From contig CM052817.1 in assembly GCA_028534125.1 (NCBI GenBank), positions 55,058,001 through 55,122,000 on the forward strand: a stretch of DNA of 64,000 nucleotides, given 5' to 3'. Below the pieces are notes generated by a model, which did not search any database, was not told where the DNA came from, and saw only the letters and a program-made list of their open reading frames with translations. A program made the position numbers and the translations under genes. This document shows, piece by piece, positions 51,324-64,000 of this stretch. The stretch's first letter is position 1; the number at the start of each line of letters is the position of its first letter. This stretch comes from Lama glama (Eukaryota).

Positions 51324-53706
51324 GCCTGTGTTGTATTGCAATTACATGATTATCTCCAGCTTTATCTCTTGATATTTTCTGAACTCATATGAGAACAAAC
51401 TTCTTCAAGTAAGCCCTATTCACTCAAATTAAGTGACTATAAAAGTGGGGAAATGTGCTTTGTAGGAGTACTTTGTCTGAAGCAAGCTATCAAGCTGAAA
51501 AATGTATGGTTAACTCTATTGGACATGCATTTTTGTGAGGATGGCCATCCTTGCTTTTAGACTTCGAGTTTGCTGTATTTTTTTCTATTCCCTGTGTTCC
51601 TCCGTTAAGCATTCCTCCTTCATCCCTTCTGTCCTTGTCTTTGTTTATTACTCTGTTTTCTCATATTTCTATTATTTTCCAGTCACTCTTTCCATCTCTG
51701 TCACAATTCTCCCTCACAATAGTCCAGTCAGTAATTTTTATTGAGCACTAAGATAACAGGTTCTTCTGGTTCAAGGCCTGAAAGAGCTGTCAAAATGACA
51801 GATATTCTTTAAATGGATCCTCAAATTTTACTGATTTGTAGGGTGCCAGAATCACTGCTTTCTCTGAAGTTTCCTTTCCTCTAATAGAATAAAATTCTGA
51901 GATTGTGTTTGCTGTTTGTCTGGTGTGTAAAAAAGAAGTTGATATGTACACAAAAATGTAAATAATGGCTGCTTTAAAGAATATGGAGAGAAATAATATA
52001 GAAGCATCTATCTAGGCAAAACTGAACTTCAGAAGCCTCTTGAAAGATTTAAGATGGCTATTAAAATTGTCTTGCTGAGGAATTCACTGATTAGATTCAC
52101 AAGAGGGGCCAGGAGATATTGGCCATTTCTCGTATGGCTACATAAGACCTGTTGTGATTCAAAGGAAAGGGATAATTAAGTCAATGGGGAAACCTAACAA
52201 CACATACTTGTCAAATAAAAGCAAGTGCCTTGAAGTTTCATGACATACTTTCTAGATGTACACTCAGTTCACAGAGTTAGAAAACTTGTCAACTCAAGGC
52301 TTACAGAGAAAAATCTTCCTTATAAACATTGACAGGATAGTGAGACAAAACTCACAATCTTACCTTGCTATAGTTTGCATGAAATATTTTTATTTTCATT
52401 ACTAGAACTGTGCATATCACAATTATGATATTAAACTGACATGAGAAAGAGTGTATATGATGTATGTCTTAATGATAAGCATCCTTATGTAGCAGCTTTT
52501 TGTATTCTACTTGTGCAAACTGTGGCTTTTCTTACCAATGTGATTTGAGATATATTCATGATAATTTTACTTCTCAATACCTATTTAATCCATGAGTTAA
52601 TAATTACCCTAATTGTGATTTCCAATTAGGGGAAATTATTCTATGCATGGAATAAATATTTATAATTAAAAATGATATAAAAATTGGGAGAAAAATACTG
52701 TATCATATATCTCTGGATGGACCAACATCTAGCAAACACATTATGGTAATATTCGTTTAGTTCTGGACATCACATGCAGGTTCAAACCGTCAGCATAAAT
52801 TCTCTGGAGCAAAGACACAGAATACGAAGAAGTTAATGGGATTATTGCATCTAACTGGATATTTTCCTTTCTCTTCATTCCTTTCTCCTGTTACGCATAG
52901 TGAAACACTGGTGCTCACCACAGTCCTTAAAGCTACGTACAGTCCCTAGAGGTAGTTCAGCCATTTGCCCATAGGAAGCCTCTGCACCTCCAGCCAGAAA
53001 TCATCACGCTAATGATGACACTAAGCACTAATTAAACTAGTCCGTAGTTTTATTTCCCTTCTTCTTTCAGCTGTCTTTGTAATGTCTCCTGATGAACACA
53101 ATTTCTTAAAATCAAGAGTTTTAAAATATATTATTGGCAAACAGTAAGTTGTGCCTATTTAGTTATAAAATTGAACATTTTTCATGTGTATACATGGAGA
53201 AACCATCAACAAAATTAAGGTAATTAACATATTTGTCATTATAAATTTTCTTCTTGCCCTGCAAGAAACCACTGACCTAATTTCTCACTAAAGACTAGGT
53301 TTCATTTTGTAGAAATGTATATAAAGAGATAGAGTATATGTGATTTTGTTTTTTGGTTTGGTTTCTTAATTCAACATAATTATTTAGAGAATCATTCATA
53401 TGGTAGCATGTTTCAAGAACTCATTCATTTTAGTTTCTGAGTATCTTTCCATTGCATGGATATACCAGTTTGTTTTTTCATTCACCTGTTATTGGATATT
53501 CTTGTTGCTTCCACTATGGTTAATATAAACAGTTCTTCTAGCACTTGATGTGATCAGTATTTTTAACTTTTAGCCATCCTACTATGTGCATGGTAGTATG
53601 TCATTATGGCTTTAATCTTAGTTTCCTAATAACTAATGAATGGTGATGAGCATCTTCAGTATGTATCTTCTTTGATTAAGTACCTTTTCAAATTTGTGTC
53701 CTTTTA

Positions 53707-55545
53707 AAATTTTTTTAATTCAATTTTTAAGGTTTTCTTAAGGAATGTGATTTTATTGTAGTATAATCAGTTTACAATGTTGTGTCAGTGTCTGGTGTAC
53801 AGTATAATGTTACAGTCATACATATACATACATATATTTGTTTTCATATTCTTTTTCATTATGGGCTACTACAAGATATTGAATATAGTTCCCTGTGCTA
53901 TACAGTAGGAACTCACTGTTTATCTATTTTATATTTAGTAGTTAGTATCTGCAAATCCCAAACACCCAATTTATCCCTTCTCACCCCTTTTCACCTCTGG
54001 TAACCATAAGTTTGCTTTCCATGTCTGTGAGTGTGTTTCTGTTCTGTAAATAAGTTCACTTGTGTCTTTTCTTTTTTTAAGGTTCCACATATGAGTGATA
54101 TCATATGGTATTTTTCTCTCTCTTTCTGGCTTGCTTAGAATGACAATCTCTAGGTCTATCCATGTTGCTGCAAATGTCATTATTTTATTCTTTTTATGGC
54201 TGAGTAGTATTCCATTATATAAATATACCACAACTTCTTTATCAAGTCATCTGTCAATGAACATTTAGATTGCTTCCATGTCTTGCCTATTGTAGAAGCC
54301 ATAGTGCTTCTATGAACATTGGGGTGCATGTATCTTTTCAAAGTAGAGTTCCCTCTGGATATATGCCCAGGAATGGAGTTGCTGGATCATATGGTAAGTC
54401 TATTTTCAGTTTTTTGAGGCATCTCCATACTGTTTTCCATAATGGCTGTACCAAACTACATTCCCATCAACAGTGTAGTGGGGTTCCCTTTTCTCCACAC
54501 CCTCTCCAACATTTATTGTTTTTGGACTTTTGAATGATGGCCATTCTGACTGGTGTGAGGTAATACCTCATTGTAGTTTTGATTTGCATTTCTTTGATAA
54601 TTAGGGAAGTTGAGCATTTTTTCAGGTGCCTATTGGCCATTTGTATATCTTCACTGGAGAATTGCTTGTTTAGGTCTTCTGCCCATATTTGGATTGTGTT
54701 GTTTGTTTCTTTTCTTATTAAGTTATATGAGCTGTTTATATATTCTGGAAAGTAAGCCCTTGTCTGTATCATCATTTGCAAATATTTTCTCCCATTGCAT
54801 AGGTTGTCTTTTTGTTTTACTTATGGTTTCCTTTGCTGTGCAAAAGCTTATAAGTTTAATTAGACCCCATTTGTTTATTTTTGCTTTTATTTCTGTTGTC
54901 TGGGTAGACTGCCCTGAGAGATCATTGCCAAGATTTACATCAGACAATGTTTTGCCTGTATTTTCTTCTAAGAGATTTATAGTGTCTTGTGTTATATTTA
55001 AGTCTTTAAGCCGTTTTGAGTTAATTTTTGTATGTGGTGTGAGGGGGTGTTCTAACATCATTGATTTACATGCAGCTGTCCAGTTTTCCCAATGCCACTT
55101 GTGGAAGAGACTGTCTTTACTCCATTGTATATTCTTGCCTCCTTTGTGGAAGATCAATTTACCATAAGGCTGTAGGTTTATTTTGGGGCTCCCTATTCTG
55201 TTCCATTGATCCATGTGTCTATTTTTGTGCCAATACCACGCTATTTTGATATCTGTAGCTCTGTAGTATTGTCTGAAATCTAGGAGGATTATTCCTCCAG
55301 CTTCATTCTTTTTTCTCAGTATTGCTTTGGCAATTCTGGGTCTTTTGTGATTCCATATAAATTTTAGGATTATTTGTTCTAGTTTTGTGGAAAATGTCCT
55401 GGGTAATTTGTTAGGCATCACATTAAATCTGTAGAATGCTTTGGGGAGTATGGCTATTTTAACAATATTAATTTTTCTAATCCAAGAGCATGGGATATCT
55501 TTCCATTTCTTTAAGTCCTTTAATTTCCTTAATCAGTGTTTTGTA
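53707..55545 (-). mobile_element. Camelid-type L1, 5'-truncated (ORF2 C-terminal region + 3'UTR)
   Basis: ORF 54723-55421 ([16 protein letters not shown]...DQWNRI...) and CCHC-like knuckle [21 protein letters not shown](C/A)CTTTTA at 53696-53706 and 55546-55556. Confidence 0.95.
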
Positions 55546-55572
55546 GTGTACTTTTATTAAAGTTGGCATTTT

Positions 55573-55782
55573 TTTTTTATTGTAGTATAGTCGGTTTACA
55601 ATGTGTTAATTTCTGGTGTACAACATAATGATTCAGTTATATGTGTGTGTGTGTATTCTTTTTCATGTTCTTTTTCATTATAGGCTGTTACAAAATATTG
55701 AATATAATTCCCTGTGCTATACAATGGGACCTTGCTATTTATCTATTATATATAGTAGTTAGTATCTGTAATTCCCCAAGTT
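55573..55782 (-). mobile_element. Short L1 3' end
   Basis: poly(T) + attgtagtatagtcggtttacaatg...; TSD approximately TTAAA(G)TTGGCATTTT at 55557-55572 and 55783-55797. Confidence 0.9.
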
Positions 55783-57838
55783 TTAAATTGGCATTTTAAA
55801 AATGAATTTTAAAAAATTTAATGTATCATAGAGACTCAATTATATTCTTTGTAAATATTTTCTCCTATTCTGTTGTTTGTCTTTCATGATTTTAACTGTG
55901 TTCTTAGAAAAGCAAACATTTTTAATTTTGGAGAGATCAAATTGATCTTTTCCTTCTTTAAAGAATTGTGCTTTTGGTATCATATCTGAGAAATTGACAA
56001 ATTCACAAAAATGTTCTCCTAATTTTTTATTGAAGTATTATTGTTTTAAATTTTATATTTATGTCAATAATCTGGTTTTGTTAATATTTATACAGAATAA
56101 AGTATGGATCAAAGTTGATTTTTAACATGAATATCCAATTAATCTAAGACATTTGTGGAAAGGAATCAAATATGGAATTTTGCCAAACGGTTTTTGTCAG
56201 CTGAGATAATCATGTGGTTTTTCTTTACTAATTTGTTAACATTGTGAATTACATTTATCAGTATTTGAATGTTAAATAAATCTTTCATTCCTGGGGTTGC
56301 TCCTATTGGGTCATTGTAAATTAGTCTTTTTATACATGCTTAGGTTTGATTTGCTGAAATCTTGTTTAGGATTTTTGCATCTGCTTTGACAAAGTAATTT
56401 TTACATATTACTTGGTAGTTTTTTTCTGTAGTAATGTATTTCTTGTGGTTTTTATATTAGGGAAAACTCTCTTATAAAATGAGTTGCAATATATTCTTTC
56501 CTTGTCAATTTTCTGGAATTGTTTGTGTAGAAAAAGTATTTTTTCATATAAATGTTTACTAGAATTAGCTAGTGAATCCATTCTGACCGATTTTCTTTGT
56601 GGGAATGTTCTTAGCTATAATTTCTATGTTCTAATACATACTGTTAGGTTTAGTTTCTCTCTTTTTTCCTGATTAAGATGTGTGTTTCAAGGATTTTGCC
56701 CATTTGTATTAAGTTGTTGAATTTATTGTCATTATGTAGTTTAGAACTTTCCCTTATTGTATCATTTTAAAATTTATATAATTTATAGTGATGTCAATTT
56801 TCTAAATTCTGATAGTTGTAATTTGTGTATTTCCCCATTTTTCCCAGTAAATCTGACTAGAGGCTTGTCAGTTTATTGATCTTCTTAATGAATCATTTGT
56901 GGCTTTACTGAATTTCTGTATTTATTTTCCTGTTTGTATTTCATTGATATCCACTCTTATCTTTATGATTTCCTTTCTTTTACTCACTTTGCATTTAATT
57001 TGCTATAGTTTCTTAAAGGGGAACATAAGGCCTTTATTATGGATAACTTTATTATTTTCTATTATAGTTCTAATGAATTTCAGTATTATCAATTTTCCTC
57101 TGTCTACTGCTTTTAAATAACATTTTATGAATTTGAATATATTATGTTTTCACTTTTACTCAGTTCAAAATATTTTGGAATTTCCCTTTTATTTCTTCTT
57201 GAGTAATGAGTTATTTAGAAGTATTTTATCTGGTTTCTAAATATTTGAAGTTTTAAAAAATGTATCTTCCTGAGATTAATAACTGATTTAATTCCATTTT
57301 TGTCAGAGAATATATCCCATGGGAATATATCCTATCCATTTTCTAAAGTCTATTGCAACAGACGTATTTATATAAGATGGAGAGTATGGCCCATGTGTAT
57401 ATGACAAGCACATGTATAATCCATTGTTGTAGGATAGAATGTTATATAAATGTGAATTGAGTCAAGTTTGATAGTGTTGAACAGAACTCTTATTACCTTA
57501 ATTGTTTTCTGTCTCTTCTTCCATCAGTACTTGAGAGGGGAATTGAAATAGCTGTTTATATATTTTGATTTATATATTTCTCTTTGCAGTTATACAAGTT
57601 TTTGCTTTACATATTTTGAAGTGCTGCTATTAGGTGCATAAACACTTAAGATTTGTTCTACCTATGATAAATTGACATAGTTATGCAGGGGTCTTCTTTA
57701 ACCTTGATTCTATTTTTCGCTCTGAAATCAACTTTCTCTTACATTAATATAGCCAGTCCTGCTTTCTTTTGACTATTGTTATCATATGTTCTCTATTCAA
57801 TCTATTTGAATCTTTATATTTAGAGTGTGTTTCTTTTA

Positions 57839-59432
57839 ACTTATTCCATTTTTATTGTGGTGAGAACACTTAACATGAGATCAACAGTCTTAACAATGTT
57901 GCAGTGCACAATACGCTATTGTAATGTATAGGCATAATATTGTACAGCAGTTTTCTAGATTTTATTTACTTGCATAACTGAATAGCAACTCTCATTTCTT
58001 TCTCCCTCAGCCCCTGGAAACCACCATTCTACTCTCTGTTACTCTGAGTTTGACTATTTTATATACCTTATATAAGTGGAATAATGCAGTATTTGTCCTG
58101 TGACTGGCTTGTTTCACTTTGTGTAATGTCCTCCATGACACATGTTGTCCCATATAGTATATAGTATATGTAAAGTATATAGACATTCTCTTCTTTTTAA
58201 AGGCTGAATAATAATATTTCATTGTATGTATTCACCACATTTTCTTTATCCATCATTCATTGATGTAAATTTATGTTGTTTCCACATCTTGGCTATTATG
58301 ATTAATGCTGCTATGATCATGGGAATGCAACTATCTCTTTAAATCATGATTTCAATTCTTTTGAATATATACCCAGAAGTGGAATTGCTGGATCATGTGC
58401 TCATTCAATTTTAAATCTTTTGAAGAATTTCCATAATGTTTTCTATAGCAGCCACAACATTTTATATTTTTACAAAAAGTGTACAAATGCTCCAGTTTTT
58501 CCACATCCTCTCCAACCCTTATTATCCTTTATTTTTTTTGATAGAAATCATCCTAACAGGAATGAGGTGATATCTCTTTGTGTTTTTGATTTGCATTTTC
58601 CAGATGAATGGTGATGTTAATCATCTTTTCATATACCTATTGGCCACTTACATGTCTTCTTTGGAGAAATGTCTATTCAAGTCTTTTGTCCATTTTTAAC
58701 TGGATAATTTATATTGCTTGCTATTAAGTTGTTTAAGTTCCTTGTGTATTTTGGATATTAACCCCTTTTCAGCTATATAGTTTGCAAATATTTTTTCCTA
58801 TCCAAAGTTTTTTTTATAGAAATAGTAAAAGCAATTTTAAAATTCATGTGGAACCACAAGAGACCCTCAATAATCAATGCAATCTTGAGAAACAACAAAG
58901 CTAGAGGCATCACACTTCCTGATCACAAAATATATTACAAAGCCATAGTAATTAATATAGTATGGTACTAGCATAAAAACGGACATATACCAAGGGAATA
59001 GAATAAGAACCTCAGAATTAAATTCATGCATATATGTTTAACTGATCTTTGACCAAGTTTCCAAGAATACACAATAGGTAAAGGATATGCTCTTAAACAA
59101 ATGATGTTAGGAAAATTGGACATCCATATGCAAAAGAATGAAATTGGATATTTATTTTACATAGCACTCAGAAATCAACTAAAAATGGATAAAAGATTTA
59201 ACATAAGATATTAAACTGTAAAGCAGTTACAGGAAAACATAGAATAAAAGCTTCATGACATTAGTGTTAGCAATGATTTCTTATATATTACAACAAAAGG
59301 AAAAATGGACAAGTTGGACTGCATCAAATTAAAAAGCTCTTCATAACAAAGGAAACCATCAGCAGTGTGAGAAACCTATAAAATGGAATATAATATTTGC
59401 AATTATATATCTGATAAGGGGTTAATAACTCA
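57839..59432 (-). mobile_element. L1MA-type element with 5' inversion (twin priming)
   Basis: Antisense 3' part 57845-58803 and sense ORF2 part 58809-59432; TSD AGTGTGTTTCTTTTA / AGTGTGTTCCATTTA at 57824-57838 and 59433-59447. Confidence 0.85.
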
Positions 59433-59802
59433 AGTGTGTTCCATTTAGGCAGCATAGATTTGAGTCTTGCTTTAGTGTCCAGTCTGAAAATCTCTCTTTC
59501 ATAATTGGTGTATTTAGATTATTTACACTTTACTTTTCTATTATTATTAATGTGATTAATTTTAAGTGTACTATCTCCATCTTACTTGCTTCCTACTTTT
59601 ACAACCTATTTTCTGCTTCTTTTTTCCTCCTTTTCACTATCTTTTGAATTAAAAATTTTTTATTCCATTTTATTTCCTTCTTTGACTTATTAGTTACACT
59701 CTTTGTTTTGTTATTTTAGAGGCTTATTCAGAGGAGACATATATATATATATATATAAAATGTATATGAGATATTTTATATACATAGAAAAATAAAATAT
59801 AT

Positions 59803-60234
59803 AAAATCTTTATGTTTTATTGTGCTTCACAGATGTGTTTTTAACAAATTGAAGATATGTGGCAACCCTACATCAAGCAAGTCTGTTGTTACCATTTTAT
59901 CAACAGCATTTGCTCACAATATTTTAAACTGTTATTATTATTTTTAGTTACAATAATCTGTGATCAGCAGTTTTTGATGTTACTATAGCAAGAGATTACA
60001 ACCCACTGAAGGCTGATATGGTTAACATTTTTTAGCGATAGTTTTTTTTACTTAAGTTACGTACATTGTTTTTTATACATAATGCTATTGCACACTTAAT
60101 AGACTAGACTATAGTGTAAACATAACTTTTATACGCTTTGGGAAATTAAAAATTCATGTGACTCATTTTATTGCCATATTCACTTTATTGTAAAGGTATG
60201 GAACCAAACCTGCAATATCGCCAAGGTACGCCTG
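59803..60234 (+). mobile_element. Tigger1 internal-deletion derivative (Tigger1a-like)
   Basis: ttttattgtgcttcacagat...aaattgaagatatgtggcaaccct...aacctgcaatatcgccaaggtacgcctg + TA; sits in a TA-rich tract. Confidence 0.9.
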
Positions 60235-61721
60235 TATAAATATATCTTTATATATATAAATATATGTTTACATATATATAATTTTTAACATGTCATATTT
60301 GACCTTTTAGTGATACATTACTTCACCTGTAGAATAAGTACTATATAATGCTATACTCTCATTTCCTCCCTTTCTGGTGATAATCTCACACATTTTACTT
60401 TTATATGTGCTCTAAATCCCAAATACATTTTAATATTTTTTTAAAAGACAGCATTTAAAAAAATTAAATAGTAAAAAAAATCTTTTGGAATAACCCACTG
60501 CTGGGCTGCTCTGCCTGGAGGGGAAGCCTGTACTCCAGTTCTCCAGCCTGCTATCTTCCTGTGGTTCGACTGACTTCGACACAGAAGAAGAGGGACTGGC
60601 AGTCAAGATGATGGAGCAGAAAGAGGTCACTTCCTCTCACAGACACAGCAAGATCAGAACTAACTGCAGAAAAATTATTGATTAAAAAAAGGCTGACAAG
60701 TACCAGAAAAGATCTTTTATAGCTAAAAATTTAAAGAAGAAAGCACAACAGTCCTGATAGGAGTCGTGAATTTGTGATATGACCAGGTCCCATTCCCCCT
60801 GGGTGGGTGACCCACAAACTTGAGAATAATTATATTGTAGAAATTCTCCCATGATTGTGAGAGTTCTGAGTTCCATATCAGGCTCCCTAGCTCAGTGGTC
60901 CAGCATCAGGAAGTGAGCCCCCAGAATGTTGGGCTTTGAAGGCCAGTGGGGCTTGATTACAGGAGCTTGGTGGGACTGGGAGAAACAGACTTTGCATTTA
61001 AGGATCTCACAGAAAACCTCATGCTCACCTGGGACCAAGGGCAAAAGCAGTAATTTCACAGGAGCCTGGGCCAGACCTACCTTCTGGCCTTGGGAGTCTC
61101 CTGGAGGGGTGTAGGGTAGCTGTGGCTCAACCTGTGGACATAGACACTGTGGCAAACACTGAGGGGTGTTCATCTGAATGCAGTCTCCTTCTGGGTGGCT
61201 GACATCTTTCTTGGACATCAGCACCATGACTTAAACCCTCTCAACATTTTTCAGACTCTAGTGCTGGGATGCCTCAGGCGAAACAGCTAACTAGGTGGGA
61301 CAAATCCCCACCCATCAGCTGACAGACTACCTAAAGAATCCCTGACCTCATAGGTGCCTCTAGAAACACCCTTCGTCCTCTTTCTGCCCCACCAGAAGGC
61401 TAAGACCCAGCTCCACCCACTTGTGGGCGGGCACCAGCCCCTCCCTAGAGGAAGACTGCACAAGCCTCTAGACCAGTCTCACCCACAAGGGGGCAGACAT
61501 CAGTAGCTAGAAAACATCATTCTCGCAACCTGCATAACAAGTCTGCAAACACAGGTCAGAATCTACCCTGGAACTAGTTGGCCACAAGCTTCTGGATATT
61601 GAGAAGACAGTGCACTGCTGGGATGCACAGGATGTCTTGTATAATGGGCTACTTCTCCAAGATTGAGAAATGTAATTAACCTGCCACATACATAAAGATA
61701 TAAATAGAAATTTAAACAAAG

Positions 61722-62550
61722 TGAGGCAGCAGAGGATAACTTCCAAACAAAGGAACAACATAAAACCCCAGAAGAACTAAGTGATGTGGAGATAAGCAAT
61801 CTACCCAAGGAAGAGTTCAGAGTTACGATCATAAGGATGATCAAAGACCTTGGGAAAGGAATGGATGAAAAGATAGAAGCTGTTAGCAAGAAATACAAAA
61901 AATAAAGAACAACCAATCAGAGACAAAGAATACAATAACTTAACTGAAAAATACACTAAAAGGAACAAAGAGTAGACTAAAAGAGGCAAAAGGATGAATC
62001 AATGAGCTGGAAGACAGAGTAGAATAAATCACTGCCAAAGAACAGAAAAAAAAATGAAAAGAAATGAAGAAAGTTTAAGAGACTTCTGGGACATTATAAA
62101 GTGCACTAACATTTGCACTATAGGGGTCCTAGAAGTAGAAGAAAGAGAGAAAGGGCCTGGGAAAATATTTGAAGAGAAAATAGCTGAAAACTTCCCTAAC
62201 CTGGGGGAGGAAACAGTCACCCATGTCCAGGAAATACAGAAAGTCCCATACAGGATTAACCCAAAGAGGAATAATGAAAATGTCAAAAATAAAAGATAAA
62301 GAGAGAATATTAAAAGCATCAAGGAAAAAGCAACAAATAACATACAAGGGAACTCCAATAAGACTATCAACTGATTTTTCAGGAGAAACTCTGCAGGCCA
62401 GAAGGGAGTGGCATGATATATTTAAAGTGATTAAAGGGAAAAATATACAACCAAGAATACTCATTTTACAAAGCTCTCATTCAGATTATAGATAAGAAAA
62501 GCTAAAAAAATTTAGCACCACCAAACCAACTTTACAACAAATGCTAAAGG
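61722..62550 (+). pseudogene. L1 ORF1 (disrupted)
   Basis: Fragments NEESLRDFWDIIKCTNI..GVLE..EKIAENFPNL and ERILKASRKKQQITYKGTPIRLSTDFSGETLQARREW. Confidence 0.9.
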
Positions 62551-63033
62551 GGTTTCTCTAGGCAGAAAAGAAAAACTAGAAATAAGAAAATTACAAAACA
62601 AAGAGCTCACTGGTAAAGGCAAACATGGTAGAGGCAGGAAATTATTCTTGTCCAAACTAGTAGGAAAGGTAAAAACAATAGTAGTAAAATCATCTGTATC
62701 CACAGTTAACAGTTAAGAGATACACAAAATAAATGTAAAATATGATATCAAAACCAGTAATTTTAAGGGGAAGAGATTAAAAATGCAGGATACTTAAAAT
62801 ACATTTGAAAATAAGATAGCAAATTAAAGCAATCATATATATATAGAGAGAGAGAATGTTATAACAAAACCTTATGGTAACCACAAACCAAAAATCTATA
62901 ATAGATATATACTCAAAAAAAGAAAAAGGAATCCAAACATAACACTAAAGAGCCACCAAATTGCAATAAAATAGACCAAAAGAATAAAAGGAAGAAAAAC
63001 ATTTACTAAAACAAGTCCAAAATAATTAGCAAA

Positions 63034-64000
63034 ATGACAATAAGAACATATATATATCGATAATTACCTTAAATGTAAATGTACTAAATGCTCCAACCAA
63101 AAAGCTGGCTGAATGCATACAAGAACAAGACCCCAATATTTTCTGCCTACAAGAGACTCCATATCTTGAGACACATAAAGACTGGAAGTGAGAAGATGGA
63201 AGATGGTATTCCACATAAATAACAGTCAAAAGAAAGCCAGAGTCACATTACTTAATATCAGACAAAATAGACTTTAAAATACAGACTGTTACAAGAGACA
63301 AAGAAGAACACTACATAATGTTCAAGGGATCAATCCAAGAAGATGTGACAATTCTAAATATATATGCACCCAGCATAGGAGCACCACAACGTATAAGGCA
63401 ACTGTTAATAGACATAAAAGGAGAAATCAACAGTAACACAGTAATAGTGGGGGACCTTAACACCCCACTTACATCGATGGACAGATATCCAGACAGAAAA
63501 ATCAATAAGGACATAAAGGCCTTAAATGACATATTAGACGAGATGGACTTAATTGATATTTATAGAACATTCCATCCAAAACCAGTAGAATACACATTCT
63601 TCTCAAGTGCACGTGGAACATTCTTCAAGGTAGATCACAGGCTGGGCCACAAAGCAAGCCTCAGTAAATTTAAGAAAACAAATCAAATCAAGCATCATTT
63701 CCGACTCCAACAATATGAGATTAGAGATCAACTACAAGAAGAAAAACTGCAAAACCCACAAGCATGTGGAGGCTAAACAATATGCTGCTAAACAACCAAT
63801 GGGTCCTTGAAGAAATCAAAGAGGAAGTCAAAAAATACTTAGAGACAAATGAAAACATGATGATCCAGAACCTCTGGGACATAGCAAAAGTAGTTCTAAG
63901 AGGGAAGTTTATAATGATACAAGCTTACCTGAGGAAACAAGAACAGTCTCAAGTAAGCAACCTAACCTTACATCTAAAGCAATTAGAGAAAGAAGAACAA
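63034..64000 (+). pseudogene. L1 ORF2 endonuclease domain (frameshifted)
   Basis: ITLNVN..N start, CLQET, TILNIYAP, IVGDLNTPL, DIYRTFHP..YTFFS, DHRLGHK motifs. Confidence 0.92.

Larger units (their letters stand above)
53110..60486 (-). mobile_element. Ancient L1M (L1MC/ME-type) scaffold with nested younger insertions
   Basis: Degenerate antisense L1 3'UTR (53110-53700), ORF2-like sequence (55830-57830, 59450-59720) and inter-ORF-like sequence (60240-60486), colinear across the insertions. Confidence 0.75.
60586..64000 (+). mobile_element. Near full-length older L1 (5'UTR, ORF1, start of ORF2), running off the window; inactivated
   Basis: 5' start ggactggcagtcaagatg; ~1.1 kb 5'UTR; frameshifted ORF1 and ORF2. 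Confidence 0.95.

Noticed and set aside
54610..55167. 185-aa plus-strand ORF
   Set aside because: Antisense shadow of L1 ORF2
1..64000. Prokaryotic-type systems (CRISPR, operons, defence islands) or host coding genes
   Set aside because: Sequence is mammalian repeat-rich non-coding DNA; I saw no arrays, no long non-TE ORFs and no recognisable exons

Overview
AT-rich, CpG-depleted mammalian genomic DNA (gene desert or large intron). It is most likely from a camelid, inferred from two Vic-type tRNA-derived SINEs and camelid-style L1 3' ends. I recognise no host protein-coding exon. The only ORFs with recognisable homology are broken L1 ORF1/ORF2 pieces (54.5-55.4 kb, 62-64 kb) and a decayed ERV env remnant (24.4-25.2 kb). 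The window is a mosaic of L1, L2, MIR, MaLR/ERV LTRs, DNA transposons (MER53, Tigger1) and microsatellites. I found no convincing new biological system. The most notable observations are: (i) a tandem pair of solo LTRs at 17.3-18.3 kb forming the only CpG-island-like patch, with NRF1, YY1, Sp1 and GAS motifs; (ii) unusual retrotransposition products: a head-to-head L1/SINE composite flanked by one direct repeat, a 2.1-kb ERV-readthrough/L1 block replacing part of an L2, an internally deleted L1MC, a twin-primed L1 and a probable 5' transduction; (iii) a few motif-dense unique stretches that may be enhancers. Repeat family names come from recalled consensus sequences and need RepeatMasker/Dfam confirmation.
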